From NCBI RefSeq assembly GCF_001194135.2, contig NC_069008.1, positions 9,040,539-9,104,538 of the forward strand: 64,000 bases of DNA, written 5' to 3'. The notes beneath the pieces are model-generated. The model saw nothing but the letters and a program-made list of their open reading frames with translations. It was not told the DNA's origin and did no database searches. This stretch comes from Octopus bimaculoides (Eukaryota). Shown here one piece after another: positions 24,160 to 37,930 of this stretch. Position numbers and translations under genes: made by a program. The first letter of the stretch is position 1. Each line of letters starts with the position of its first letter.

Positions 24160-26700
24160 CAGATTGTCAGCAATGAGTGATGGTCTGTTTGTAACTGAAA
24201 ATGTTTCCCATGTATAAACCAAATATAATTGCCAATGCCTCTTTTTCAATCTGGCTATAATTTTTTTCTGCAGTAGTGTCCTTGACGTGTGAGCTATGGT
24301 CTTTCTACTGCCAACATCACGTTTTTGTAGGAGTATGGCTCCTACCCTGTACTCCCTCAAATTTTGGCACAGGGCCATCCTACCCTGTACTCACTAGCGT
24401 CTGTGGCTAGTATTGTTTCCAACTTAGGATTGAAGTGTTTTAGAGACAAGTCTGAAATGAAAATACTTTTTAACTCCTCAAATGCCTTCTGGCATTTTTG
24501 TGGCCAAAACCATTTGGTATCCTTTTTTTAACAGCTCATTTAGTGGAGCCCTTGTGTTGTGTATGTTTGGGATATATACTTGATAGTAGTTCACCAAGCC
24601 TAGAAACGCTTGTAGCATTTTGACATTCATTTCGTCAATTACTTGACCCAAATATTCGATTTTTCTCATAAAAAATTCACACTTGTCCTTTGTTAGTCTG
24701 AATCCATATTCATTTATTTTTCTGAATACTTTTTTAATATGTTCGAAGTGTTGCTCCAGTGACTCACTCTTTATCAAAATATTGAGATATGTGATAGTGA
24801 AGTTGCAATCATTTAACATTGCGTCCATCACATTGCGTCCATCACTTGCCACTTTTACTCCAAAAGGAAGCCGCTTGAATTTATACAATTCATGGTGTGT
24901 GTTGATTGTTAAAAGGTGTGTGTGCAATCTTCCTCTATTTGTATCTGTAGATAAACCTCCGAGAGGTCTAATTTTGAGAAAATTTTTCCTCCATTTAGTT
25001 TTGAAAATACTTCTTCTGGACTTGGTAATGGATAGTTATGTTCGATTAAACAGTCATTTAATCCTGTTGAGAAATCTGCACACACTCTTAGTCTATTATT
25101 CCTTTTTTTCACATAAACCATCAGTGCTGCCCAGTCTGAGTGGTTGATTTTCTCAATTCTAGCTAGACTTTCCAGTCTTTCCAGCTCTTTGTTGACCTGG
25201 TCTATTGCTGCAAATGGCACACTCCATTTGGGCATGAAAACAGGTAATGCATTTTCTTTTGCAGCAACCCTCACTTCTGTTTTAGTGCAATCCTTCCAAA
25301 AAACATTTGGAAATAATTTTTTAATTTTTGTCTCAGTTTTTCGATTTCATTCGAGCCTATGGCTGTCCCAACTGCATTTCCACAGAGAATACTTCTGGGG
25401 GTGTCCCACATTTTAAATAATTTTATGCATTCCGTACCAAATAAATTTAGTGATTTTTTTTTTTCAACTCATAAATATTTGCTCTTTTTGTTTTATCTCG
25501 AAAAGTTACATTGTAAATGCATTTTGCCGATGAAATGTAATTTCCTTCCAGTAACACCGTATGCTGCTTTATTTGATCTAAATAATTTCGGCTTACCGAT
25601 TTGTTTCCATGTTTCTTTATCTATGATAGTGATGTCACTACCCATATCTAATTGCATTTTCACACTTGTGGTTTCAATTTTCACCGTGACAAATTTTCTG
25701 TTTGTTGTACTAACTTTTTTCCAATGATAAATTATTTATGTTTTCTTGTTTGTTCCAAATTTTCATCATCTTAGTTCTTATATTCCCACAATGAAAACAC
25801 TTCACTTTTTTGAATTGACAATCTTTCCTCAGGTGCATACCACCACATGCCATACATGGGCTTATATCCTGATATTTATCATGTTTTTTGCGAAACCCTT
25901 TATCTTCAGGCTCATCCACACTGGTTTTACCTGGAAACAATCTTTGTGTTGGATTTCTTCTCTATCATGTCTTACTTTTAATATCATATCCATTTTTCTG
26001 ACAGTTTCTGCAGGGTTATATCCTGGTGCATTTCCAACTTTGCAAGAATTTTCATTCTGACTTCTGCATCTTTTTTAGCAGTAAATTCTTGTGCGAAAAT
26101 CAGGCATTTGACCGAATCTGGAGTTAGTTTTTCCTGTTTAAACCTCTCACATTCCCTGTTCACTCTACCTGCATAATCAGTAGTCTTCATCATCACTTTT
26201 CTCAATGTTCAAACACTTCCAACGTGTGTTGAACAAGGTTATTTCACTGAACATCTTACATAAAATGTCAATCGTATCTGTCAAATTTATGTCAGAAGAT
26301 ATTTTAGGCAGTATAAAGTTACTGCATTTTTCATGCTCTGTTGTCACTAGTTTCCTCAAAATTAGACATGTTGTCCATCCAGTCTTGGCACTCTTTTACA
26401 AAATAATATATCTCGAAGGTGACTCCTTCTTCTGGGTCATATTTAAATTCATTTATTGAATTTGCTACATGTTTTGGCAAAAACATATTTTCAGGTTTTG
26501 TTACCAACTTCATTGGTTGTAGCATTTGTTGCTGTAACACTTGTTCGTGTTCTTGTTCTTTGAGTTGTTGCAGTTTTTGCAACTCAACTAGATCTAACAA
26601 GTTTTCTATAATTTTATGGATTTTTCATAAAATATGTACAACAAAATGCTTGTTACTCCTCTGTCAAGTTGTTAATTTCTCCAAGTGAATTTTTGTTTTA
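24160..26700 (-). pseudogene. Ty3/Gypsy (Mag-like) LTR retrotransposon gag-pol remnant: gag with zinc knuckle, protease, RT, RNase H; integrase absent
   Basis: Minus-strand fragments: CMACGGMHLRKDC..KCFHCG (gag), MQLDMGSDITII (protease), WAA.MVYVKK.N..LRVCADFSTGLN..YPLP..FSKLDLS and KRLPFGV (RT), FLGLVNYY, ATDASEY..GAILLQ and NYSQIEKEALAIIFG (RNase H). Multiple stops and frameshifts. Confidence 0.92.
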
Positions 26701-26745
26701 GATTCCTCCATGTAAAAATTTTTAATGTCTGCGTGAATTCTTTAT

Positions 26746-26758
26746 ATCCTCGTCACCA
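26746..26758 (-). other. Primer-binding site of the Gypsy element
   Basis: Minus strand TGGTGACGAGGAT, 6 bp downstream of the putative 5' LTR. Confidence 0.7.
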
Positions 26759-26764
26759 CTCTTA

Positions 26765-26953
26765 TGATGTGGTGTTTTTTACAGTTATAATGTTTTGACT
26801 GTAGCTGTTGTATATACTCTAGTAGCCATGATATTTTCTTGGTATTGGATACAGTGTATCTCTTCCATACACACCGCTTCATCTATTGTGCTATCATTGA
26901 TAGTTCTGCAGGACACCGAATTTGACTGTGATTTGAACTCGACTATAACACAT
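26765..26953 (-). mobile_element. Putative 5' LTR (~189 bp)
   Basis: Bounded by the inverted 6-mers TGATGT...ACATCA and adjacent to the PBS. No second LTR found. Confidence 0.6.
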
Positions 26954-27204
26954 CACTGACACTTCACTCCAGCTGAGAACTCATACGATGACTCTACAAT
27001 GACTTCCTGTACTGGTTGATGTCATTTCACTTTATAGTGGCTGGTCAATACCATTTGTCCCATGGGAGGGGTGTACCATTTCCACTCCAATATAAGCATT
27101 ATACATGCTGGTAACCATCTGATGTAAACATATATATATCTATGTATATGAATATAGTCAATGTAATTTTCTCTACTGTTATCATTGAATATCTTTTCAG
27201 TGAG

Positions 27205-27528
27205 TAGACTGTGGCCATTCTGGGGCACCACCTAGAAAGGTTTTAGTAAAATAAATCAACTCCAGTACTTATTCTATTGGTCCCCCCCTTTTTTTTTGCC
27301 AAACTGCAAGGTTATGGGGATGTAAATAAACCAGCACCAGTTGTCAAATGGTGGTGGGGAATAAGCACACACACACACACAATGGGTTTTTCAGTTTCGA
27401 TCTACCAAATAGACTTACAAGGCTTTGGTTGGCCTGAGGATATAGTAGAAGACACTTGCCCAAGGTGTCATGCAGTGGGACTGAACCTGGAGCCATGTGC
27501 TTGGGAAGCAAGCTTCTTACCACAGAAC

Positions 27529-27597
<69 letters not shown>

Positions 27598-28159
27598 AGG
27601 CACAGGCATGGCTGTGTTGTAAGAAGCTTGCTTCCCAACCACATGATTCCGGGTTCAGTTCCACTGCATGACACCTTGGGCAAGTGTCTTCTACTATGGC
27701 CTCGGGCTGACCAAAGCCTTGTGAGTGAATTTGGTAGACAGAAACTGAAAGAAGCCTGTCGTGTATATATATATATATTTATTTATTGATGTGTATGTCC
27801 CTCCATTATCACTTGACAACTGATATTGGTGTGTTTACGTTCCCCATAACTTAGCAGTTCAGCAAAGGAGACTGGTAGAATAAGTACCAGGCTTACAAAG
27901 AATAAGTCCAGGATCAATTTCTTCGACTAAAAGGCAGTGCTCCAGCATGGCCACAGTAAAAATGACTGAAACAAGTAAAAGTGTATATACATACATAGGT
28001 GCAGGCATGGCTGTGTGATAAGAAGCTTGCTTCCCAACCACATGGTTCTAGGTTCAGTCCCACTGTGTGGCACCTTGGGCAAGTGTCTTCTACTAAAGCC
28101 TCAGGCAGACCAAAGCCTTTTGAGTGGATTTGGTAGACAGAAGCTGAAAGAGGCCTGTC

Positions 28160-28215
<56 letters not shown>

Positions 28216-28710
28216 CTATAAGTGTGTGTCTTTGTGTCTGTCCCCCCCACCATCACTTGACAACTGATGTTGGTGTGTTTGCATCCCTGTAATTTAGCAG
28301 TTCGACCAAAGAGACTGATATAATAAGTACTAAGCTTAGAAAAGAATAAGTCCTGGGGTCGATTTCTTCAACTAAAACCCTACAAAGCAGTGCTCCAGCA
28401 TGGCTGCAGTCAAATGACTGAAACATGTAAAAGAATGTACACACACACACACACACACACACAATCCTTGATAGTATAGTGGTAAGTATCCCTTGTCTAT
28501 TGCTCCAGAGACCAGACTACTATTCTATGCTGGGAAGGCTTCAGTTTTATAGGTGCAGGCATGACCAGGTGATTAAGAAGCTTGCGTTACAGCCATGTGC
28601 TTTTGAGTTTGGTCTCACTGAATGGTACCTACTACAACTTTGGGCTGATTAATTCCTCATGAGAGACTTTTGGTAGATGAAGTCTGTGTGGAAGCCCATC
28701 CTGTGTACTT

Positions 28711-28751
<41 letters not shown>

Positions 28752-28890
28752 TCCACTCTACTGCTTAACAATGTGTTTGTTTACATCTCTGTAAATTAGC
28801 TGTCTGGCAAAAGAGACCATTAGAATGAGTGTCCAGCTTTAAAAGAATGAAATGCTGGGGTCAATTTTTTAAAACTCAATCCTGAAACAA
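27205..28890. mobile_element. Cluster of four CORE-like SINE copies: 27205-27525 (-), 27598-27985 (+), 27996-28435 (+), 28550-28890 (+)
   Basis: Repeated heads GCAGGCATGGCTGTGTGGTAAGAAGCTTGCTTCCCAACCACATG and tails GACTGAAACAAGTAAAA. Confidence 0.85.
28465..28536 (+). pseudogene. tRNA-Asp-like relic
   Basis: TCCTTGATAGTATAGTGGTAAGTATCCC closely matches the 5' half of eukaryotic tRNA-Asp(GTC) (TCCTCGTTAGTATAGTGGTGAGTATCCCC). The 3' half is decayed and no cloverleaf forms. Confidence 0.5.
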
Positions 28891-28984
28891 GTAGAAACTA
28901 AGATGTACACAGCCATTCTCATGCAATTCTGTATCAGCCATCATCGCAGTTATGCTGTCTCATGATGTTCTCGAGATAGCACTT

Positions 28985-29203
28985 AATCTTAATTCAGATT
29001 AATCGGTCAAATGTAATGCTTGTTTATTCACATTGTTTTGAACTAATCTTGCATTATCTCATAGCTTTGCCATATCAATGATGTGATGGTTTATTTTTCA
29101 AACAGCATTGTATGGTAGATGTGGAAGGCAGGATCTGGCCAATTTGAACATAAAGCAGGCAGAATATTTGGGCCTGATGTGACTGGTTTTTAATGCTAAA
29201 GGG
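28985..29203 (+). mobile_element. piggyBac-like MITE family (CCCTTTAGCATT...AATGCTAAAGGG, TTAA), partial copy
   Basis: Ends AATGCTAAAGGG-TTAA. Related pieces at ~20234-20340, 21380-21545, 39030-39230, 46300-46560, 61890-62040 and 62350-62405. Confidence 0.65.
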
Positions 29204-29473
29204 TTAAATCACCCTCAAATTGTATTCCCTCACCTTACAAAAACAATACTTTGCATAATGTAGTCTAGGATGGGATGCATTGTCTGAACTATAGGTGTGG
29301 TAGTCATGATTGGAATGTTTTGAATTTTAAGCCCGTTTTGTCCTCCAACCACCACTTGACAACCAGTGTTGGTGTGTTTATGTCCCTGGGACTTAGTGGT
29401 TTGATAAAAGAGACCAATAGAATAAGCACCAGGCTTTAAAAAAATAAGCTTTGGGAAGGTCAATTCATTCAAG

Positions 29474-29530
<57 letters not shown>

Positions 29531-29698
29531 TATGATGGGCTTCTTTCATTTTTCATCTACCAAATCCACTCAAGGCTATAGCAGAAGTTACTTGCCCAAG
29601 GTGCCATGCAGTGACACTGAACTTGGAACCACATGGTTGGAAAGCAAGCTTCTTACCACACAGCCACACCCGTGCCTATAACAGCCATGCCTATATAT

Positions 29699-29749
<51 letters not shown>

Positions 29750-30035
29750 TCAGTAACAGATTGTGTGTATAAAAAAAACAAACAAAATACCGTCAGCCCA
29801 TATTTAGACAGCATCCCTAGGGTGAGGCTGGTGAGCGGGTGGGTGGCTGTATATGTACTTACCATCCTCGTTTATTTCTATATACTTTTATCTCTACCGT
29901 CTTATTTTTTTACACACCTGGTTTGTGTACCTGTGTATGTACATCCGTATATGTTTCTCAAGCATGTGTTACATACATAGCTGTCTGTGTATTGATGTAT
30001 ATACATGCACAAGCCTCTCTCGTACACTTCAGTCA

Positions 30036-30076
<41 letters not shown>

Positions 30077-30964
30077 GCACCCCCTGCGCACACACACACA
30101 TGCATATATACACACTCACACACCACTACCACCACCATCATCTCTCTCATACTTCAGTTTTCTTAAATACACATCTGTATGTGTATAGTGATGTATATAC
30201 ACATCTCTCTCACATACACCACACACTGTATAAACAATATACACATTCTCCCTTCATCTCTCTCTATGTCTGTCTATCTCTCTCTTTCTCTCTCATATCT
30301 ATACACCCTCAAAAATAGCTGCATACACATCTTTACATGTATATGCGATTTTCTGTGGATATGCTGATGTACTTGTTACTATGCCAACACACTTCTGTTT
30401 CTGAATAATTTGCCCTAATTCTTCAGTCTTCATAAAAATCTGTGTGGAAAGGTAAGAGGTTTGCTTCCCAACCACATGGTTCTGGGTGAAACAAGTAAAA
30501 GAACACACACACACACACACACACACANNNNNNNNNNNNNNNNNNNNNNNNNNNNNNNNNNNNNNNNNNNNNNNNNNNNNNNNNNNNNNNNNNNNNNNNN
30601 NNNNNNNNNNNNNNNNNNNNNNNNNNNNNNNNNNNNNNNNNNNNNNNNNNNNNNNNNNNNNNNNNNNNNNNNNNNNNNNNNNNNNNNNNNNNNNNNNNNN
30701 NNNNNNNNNNNNNNNNNNNNNNNNNNNNNNNNNNNNNNNNNNNNNNNNNNNNNNNNNNNNNNNNNNNNNNNNNNNNNNNNNNNNNNNNNNNNNNNNNNNN
30801 NNNNNNNNNNNNNNNNNNNNNNNNNNNNNNNNNNNNNNNNNNNNNNNNNNNNNNNNNNNNNNNNNNNNNNNNNNNNNNNNNNNNNNNNNNNNNNNNNNNN
30901 NNNNNNNNNNNNNNNNNNNNNNNNNNNNNNNNNNNNNNNNNNNNNNNNNNNNNNNNNNNNNNNN

Positions 30965-31012
<48 letters not shown>

Positions 31013-33225
31013 TTATGTATTTTTTTTTACTTGTTTCAGTCATTTGACTGTGGCCATGCTGGAAGTCTTGCCCAAGTTGCCACATCATGGGACTGAACCT
31101 GGAACCATGCAGTTGGGAAGCAAACTTCTTACCACACAGCCACGCCTACACCTATTCTGATCATAGTAATTAGCAATTAGTGTTGGAGATTTGCAAAAAG
31201 CAGTCCATTTGTTAAATGTCATCACTAAATGTGGTACTTAGTTTAAGGTCTGCAGAGTAAATTACTCTGACGTCAGTACAATGTGTTCTATTGTTTAGTT
31301 TCAAGGTGTTCCCTAATCAAAGAACTGATCTATGATTAAAGGTGATTCAACCATGACCATCCCATCTTGGTATTGTTTCTTTGTTTTTCGCTGATGACAT
31401 TGTTATCTGATACAGTCTTCTTGTTTTTAAGAGCCTCTGATGTGATTTACTGCAGGATTTTGCTATTTCTAGCAGGTTGAGTGATGTAGAATCTTCTTCA
31501 CTGGCTTAGTGTTGTTCTGAATGTCATTTAACCCTAGGTTAACCCTGATGCAGCAGACCACATTCCAGCTGTGACCATCCCAATTTTTTTTTTATAGTGT
31601 ATCTAGGACTACATTGCCCCATTTATTAATTTCTCTTTTTCCTATCTGTTTCAGTCATTAGACTGAGGCCATACTGGGGTTTGGTCATGAAGAAATTTTA
31701 GTCGAATGAATTGATTCCAATATTTAATTTTAAAGCCTGGTACTTTTGGTCTGTTTTTCGATGAACTGCTAAGTTACAGGGATGTAAACAAACCAACACC
31801 AGTTGTCAAGCGGTGGTGGTGGTGGTGGGACAAACACACAGTTATGCTGGGCTCCTTTCAAATTCCGAAGACCAAATCCACTCACAAGGCTTTGGTCAGG
31901 CCAAGGCTATATCAGAAGACACTTGCCCAAGGTACCACGCTGTGGGACTGGACCTAGAACCATGTGGTTGGGAAGCAAGCTTCTTAGCATACAGCTACGC
32001 CTGTGCCTATACTGTTTACCATCATCATCATATGTCCATTTTCCATGCTGGCATGGGTTGTATGGTTTGACAGGAGCTGGCCAGCTGAAGAATTTCCCAG
32101 GCTCCATGTTTGTTTTGGCATGGTTTCTACAGCTTGATATCCTTCTTAACACCAACCACTTCACATAATGTACTGGTTGCTTTTATGCAGCACTGGCACA
32201 GGTGTTTTTACATGGCATGAGCCGCCAAGATAAGGAACACTCAGCTGAAGAGGGATGCAGGAGATGTGCCTGTATGCAAGGATGACCATGTATTTACTTA
32301 GCTTGATGTGTCTTCTCAAGCACGGCAAACCACCAGAATTCTTGGACTACTTAAAAAACAAAAAAATGATGCATCACTTTTTGCCAAAAATTAGCAAGAA
32401 GATCAAGCAAAGATGATTGTGACTATCTGGTCACTGTGTATGCCACCCTAAGACTGGAAGCATCCAAATTAGTCTTGTGGAACCCACTTCATGGTGATGT
32501 AAGCAGAGAAAAATGTCATCACACTTACATGGACAACTTGATTGCAGATACAGGCCTGGAATGTATCCAGGACCTCAAGGCAGTGATGTTGGACTGAGAA
32601 AGTGTGGCAAGTGGACTTTGTTGCTGCAAGCCCAGGTTGGAACCCCACCATACTAAATATATGCTAAAAAGTTTTATAGTGCTTCAATAAATATGGGTCT
32701 ATAAGACAACTACCAGACTGAACTAAACATCAGTGAAGGAATTGTTATGCTTGACTAAAACACTGTTCAGGCATTACCCCAGTATCACAGTGCATGGTCC
32801 AATAACTGTTAACCTGTTAAACAATAAATAAATTCAAGTGTTCTCTGTTTTGTTGTACTCATTATCCATGCAATGTGTCATTAGTGAATGCCATTGTGAG
32901 ATGCATGAATCACATGAGGTTCCTCCTCCACTTGATATTCTGCAATTCCTTTTCTATTGAACCAAGTATTTAAAACTCTACATACATTTTATATTGCTGC
33001 TTGTTGATAATATTGATTGCTTTTGTAATTCATGCTATCATCTGTATGGATCAGTCTGTTGCATATGGTGGGTGTTGTGTATTTAGGTGTGTGTGTGCAT
33101 GTGTACCTTAAGTGTAGTTTGTGAGTGATTGTCTTGTATGATAATTTTGGGTTCATTAACACCTTATCAGTGGAATTTAGTAGATGGAGACTAAAAGAAG
33201 CCTATTGTGTCTATGTATGTATGAA

Positions 33226-33259
<34 letters not shown>

Positions 33260-33888
33260 GTGAGTTCAAAAAATAAAAACGACCAAAACACAACGACGTG
33301 ATACAGATATTGTGTAACTGGACGCTCAGGAAAGGAAAGGAAAGAGAATTTATACGTACACACACATACACTCATACTTACATCATGCACATATGTATGT
33401 GTGTGTGTATATCTATCTATCTATCTATCTATATATATATATATATATATATATAAGAGAATTTTTGATGGAGACAATACTCCATGTATAGTACAACTGT
33501 TTTTTGTGCTTGTTTATGAGCTAAGGAGTAATGAAAATTTTTTTGTAGAAGATAAACATTTCAGTTGTGAGTACTTCACATCTGAAAACAAAATTGTGCT
33601 TACAGTGATTTATAAGACTTGGATGGGATACATGATTGTATTAAAAATTCAAATAATAACAAAATATAATAAAAATAAGATATAAAAAAATGTAAATGAA
33701 GTAAGATCTAAGAACCTGAAAACCGTGTTTGTGTGTGTAGATACATGTATTTGAGAGAGAATAAATAGCATTCAGTAATACAAGATATCATGAAGGTGAA
33801 AAAACCACGAAAAATAAAAATCAGTTTGTGTGTACCTTTGTTTTGACATTGTATGATAGTTGTAAACAAATATCATCGTCATATAGGC

Positions 33889-34174
33889 CAGGGGTTTTCA
33901 AACAGTGGTCCGCGGACCACAGGGGGTCCGCAAGGACAAGACAGGGGGTCCGTAGACAGCAAATACTTTTTATGGGCAATTTGATTTTATATATGTTTTT
34001 TAATCGAAATCTTTTAATTGACAATAAACCTATTTGTTAAATACTGTTAAATAAATAAATGTAAAAATATATGTTATTTTAAGCAAATATTTATGTATAA
34101 ATTTCATAAGTGTTTATAAGGGTAAAGCCTGAAATATAAAGGGGTCCGCAAGTCAAAAAGTTTGAAAACCCCTG
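33889..34174. mobile_element. hAT-family MITE
   Basis: Perfect 15-bp TIR CAGGGGTTTTCAAAC / GTTTGAAAACCCCTG and perfect 8-bp TSD ATATAGGC. Confidence 0.93.
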
Positions 34175-34450
34175 ATATAGGCTATGTTGTTCACTTTCAG
34201 TCTTCCATAAAAAACATGTCCAGCCATGGGGAAATATTACATTGCTTGGAAGTAGTTGAGGGTTAGTGACTGATAGGGCATCCGCCCACATAAAATCTGT
34301 TTCAACTGATTCTGCAAGCATTGAATAGTGGATCCTAAATGGGCTGTGCCTACACTGAGGCAGTGTCTTCAAGGGCTTTTAGTTTGCCATTTTGACCCCA
34401 GTACATATTTTAGTTCAGTTCTTATTTTATCTGACTCTGTTTATCGAGTG

Positions 34451-34760
34451 CAGGGGTTCTCCACTATTTTTTTCCTATAGACCCCTTTGATTACTATTTT
34501 ATTCTGGTGAACCCTTGTAGGTATTTGTTGTTTAAAAACCCTCTTTCTCAAAATTCCTATTTTGATTTTCTCACATTAACTTGTTTAGGTTGAATTATGT
34601 AAAATGTTAGAGGAAGAAACTTAGCTGTTTCTTGCAAAATAAATACACCTAAAACAAAAAAAAATTCTTGAACCCTTAAAATACTATTGTGGATCCCCAG
34701 TTCACTATTTTGCTCTTGTGGGCCCTCAGGGATCACATGAACGCTGGTTGAGAATCATTG
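34451..34760. mobile_element. hAT-family MITE (second family)
   Basis: CAGGGGTTCTCCAC / GGTTGAGAATCATTG, TSD ATCGAGTG vs ATCTAGTG (7/8). A related end fragment lies at ~11040-11113. Confidence 0.8.
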
Positions 34761-35679
34761 ATCTAGTGGCTAAATTTTGCCCTTTTTGATGTTGAGGGAT
34801 GTGCAACACATTGAACTGATTTACACAAAAACATACACAGAATGTGAGTATTTTAATAAGAGTGTTGTAGTTTGCATGAAACATTGTAGTACTGAAGAAG
34901 GGAAAGAAAAAAAAGAAAAGAAGAAAGTTTCTGACAATGTGGAAAGATTCACAAAAACCTGTTTATTTTAGGTGCAAAAGCTTATCCTCAGAAGGAAGGA
35001 GTCGGGAAATGTCCAGTTACACCAATTCTGTTGCCTTGGAGTTTGAGTAAGGTGATGGAATCAGTATAAGTGGACATTTCCAAAACTGCTTCCTTCTGAG
35101 GATGGGCCTTTGTCCCTGATATATAAAGGTTCTTCTGAAACATTCTGCATTGTCAGAAGCTTTCTTATTTTCCCTTTTCTTTCCCATCGTGTGTAATTTT
35201 AGCTTTTATCTTTTACTTGTTTTAATCATTGGATTGCAGCCATGCTGAGGCATTGCCTTAAAGAGTTTAGTTGAACAAATTGACCCCAGGACTTATTTTC
35301 AAGCCTGGTACTTTTTTGCTAAGTTATGGGGATGTTGAGAAACCAACAACCATTGCTGAGAGGTAGTGGGAGCCACACACACACACACACACACACACAC
35401 AAGCTGCTTTCAGTGGTGATAGTGGTAATAGTATTTAGATGGTGTATGAGTGGCTTGGGTGTGTGGTCTCTTTGTGTATCTGTTGCCTCTATGTCTGAGT
35501 AGATCATGTGTTTGTGTGTGAGTGCATAAGGGGCCTATTGATTTAATGAGGTTGGATGTATGTGTTTGTATATATACAAACATAAGTGTGTATATATATA
35601 TATATATATACACAGACGCACGTATTGTGTGTGTATGTATATGCAAGTGTGAATGTGTGTGTGTGTATGTATATGCATG

Positions 35680-35717
<38 letters not shown>

Positions 35718-35915
35718 TATTGTTGTGCTCAGATTTCTTCTCTGTGCTGTTATTCTGTTTTACAAATCCTTGCTGATTGTGCAACATTAGTTGAACAATT
35801 CCATGAAAAGTGACGATATGCAAAACCCAAAATAGCACAGATCATTCTCAACAACAACACACACACAGACACACACACACACAGACACACACACACACAG
35901 ACACACACACACACA

Positions 35916-35988
<73 letters not shown>

Positions 35989-37647
35989 TTCATTCAGGTG
36001 TTAACCCTGGAATTTACCCTGTTAAGCTCGTGCATGAATCAATGGCTGTATATATTATTGCATAATATAGCATTATTCATGAATTCAAATGAAACAATTA
36101 TAAATTGAACTAATAAAAGGGTTTGCTCACTTCATTCTTCTTTATATATATTCTGTTACTTGTTTCAGTTATTTGATTGCAGCCATACTGGGGTACCGTC
36201 TTGAGGCATTTTAGTTGAACTAATCAACTCCAGTACTTTTCTTTTTAAGCTTGATACTTACTCTAGTGGTCTCTTTTGCTGAACTGCTAAGTTATGGGAT
36301 GTAAACACACCAACATCAAGCTTTGGTAGGGGACAAGCACAGACACACACTCACACATTTTCAGTTTCCATCTACCAAATTCACTCACAAAGCTTTGGAC
36401 AGCCCAAGGCTATAATAGAAGATACTTAACCAAGATACCATGCAATGGGACTGAAGCCGGAACCATTTTAGTTGGGAAGCAAGCTTCTTACCACACGGCC
36501 ATGCCTGTGATATGTGTGTATAAAATTTATTCACTATTCACTACCTGTGCATATTCTGTGTACTGTTCATGCAGTTTTGGTTACTTTTTCTGATGAGTTG
36601 TACTGCATCTGAGCGCTGTATACAATAAGTTTATTATTATTATAATTTCAAGCTATATACTCTCACTTTTACAGACTGCTTCTTCATCCCCTCATCTCCT
36701 TCACCTACTCACTTCTACTTACCTCATGCCCTTGTGGGGCACCTCATTGCCATTATGTGTCTCTTTGCAGCTTCTGATCATTTCCTCTTCTTTTCTGTCT
36801 CCTCCTACTAAATGTGAATAGACATGCAAATCCTTTACAAGATCCTGCTCTGATTCCTCCTCTAAGGTTTGTAGTCCTGTAAGCTGCACAGTGACCTCAA
36901 TAGTACAGTTGGTGTGAAAAAAGCACCCAGTACATGTTGTAAAGTAGTTGGCTCCAGCTGTGGAAACCATGCGAAAACAGACATTGGAGCACAATTTGGT
37001 CCTTATCAAATACTGTCAACTCATCTAACTCATGCCAGCATGGAACATGGACATTAAATTATGATGATGATATCTTTGTTTCAGCCATTAGGCTACAGCT
37101 GTGCCAGGGGACCACCCATCATCATCAACATCATTATTTAACATCTGTTTTCCATTTTGGCATGGGTTGGACAGTTTGACCAAAGCTGGTAAAGCCAAGG
37201 GCCTCACCTGGCTCCATTGTTCTGGCATTGTTTCTACAGATGGATGCCCTTCTTAATGCCAACCACTCCACAGAATGTATTGGGTGCTTTTAATGTTGCA
37301 CTAGCATGAATGCTTTATATGCAGCACCAGTGCCAGTATCAATTCTGCTGTAGTGGACAGGTCTTCTTCCATACAACAATGTGCCAGATATCTCAGTCTT
37401 CGTCATCACCTCAAGTGTCTCGAGACTGGTCTTCAATCTATACACATGTATGTATTGTACCATATGTATTTGCTGAACTACATTTTAAGATTAGATTATA
37501 AATTTTAAGTGTATGTCTGTCTATGTATGTGTACACACACACACATTTCATGACTTTGGCTGTTTATTTAAGAATATATTATTTTTGTGAGTTTTCTGTC
37601 CATTATCAATGATTGTCAAATAGTATGCACAAACACACAATCATATA

Positions 37648-37930
37648 CAGACTGTCCTCATTTAATGACCTACCTATTTAACGACCACTTGGAGTTACGA
37701 CGAACTTTACAAGCCGTCATTACATATTTTACAAAATATAAAACTTAAAAACTTTAACTGTCGTATTATGCGCTGTACGGGAACTGCCATCGTGATGGCA
37801 GCGCATCCCGAGCACTCAGCCTCACGCTCGCTCTCTCTCACTCTCCCGCCTGTGGTCAGCCAGGCAACACAGTGACACTCTCTGTACCTATATTACTATT
37901 TCGTCTCTTTTTTTGTAAACACAGTTTCAT
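37648..37930 (+). mobile_element. pogo/Tigger-like 5' terminal fragment
   Basis: TA-CAGACTGTCCTCATTTAATGACC...TTAACGACCACTTGGAGTTACGAC. The other end was not found. Confidence 0.5.

Noticed and set aside
30299-31160. Long ORFs containing X runs (also 23656, 46264, 51145, 52408-53525, 62031)
   Set aside because: They are open only because they span N gaps.
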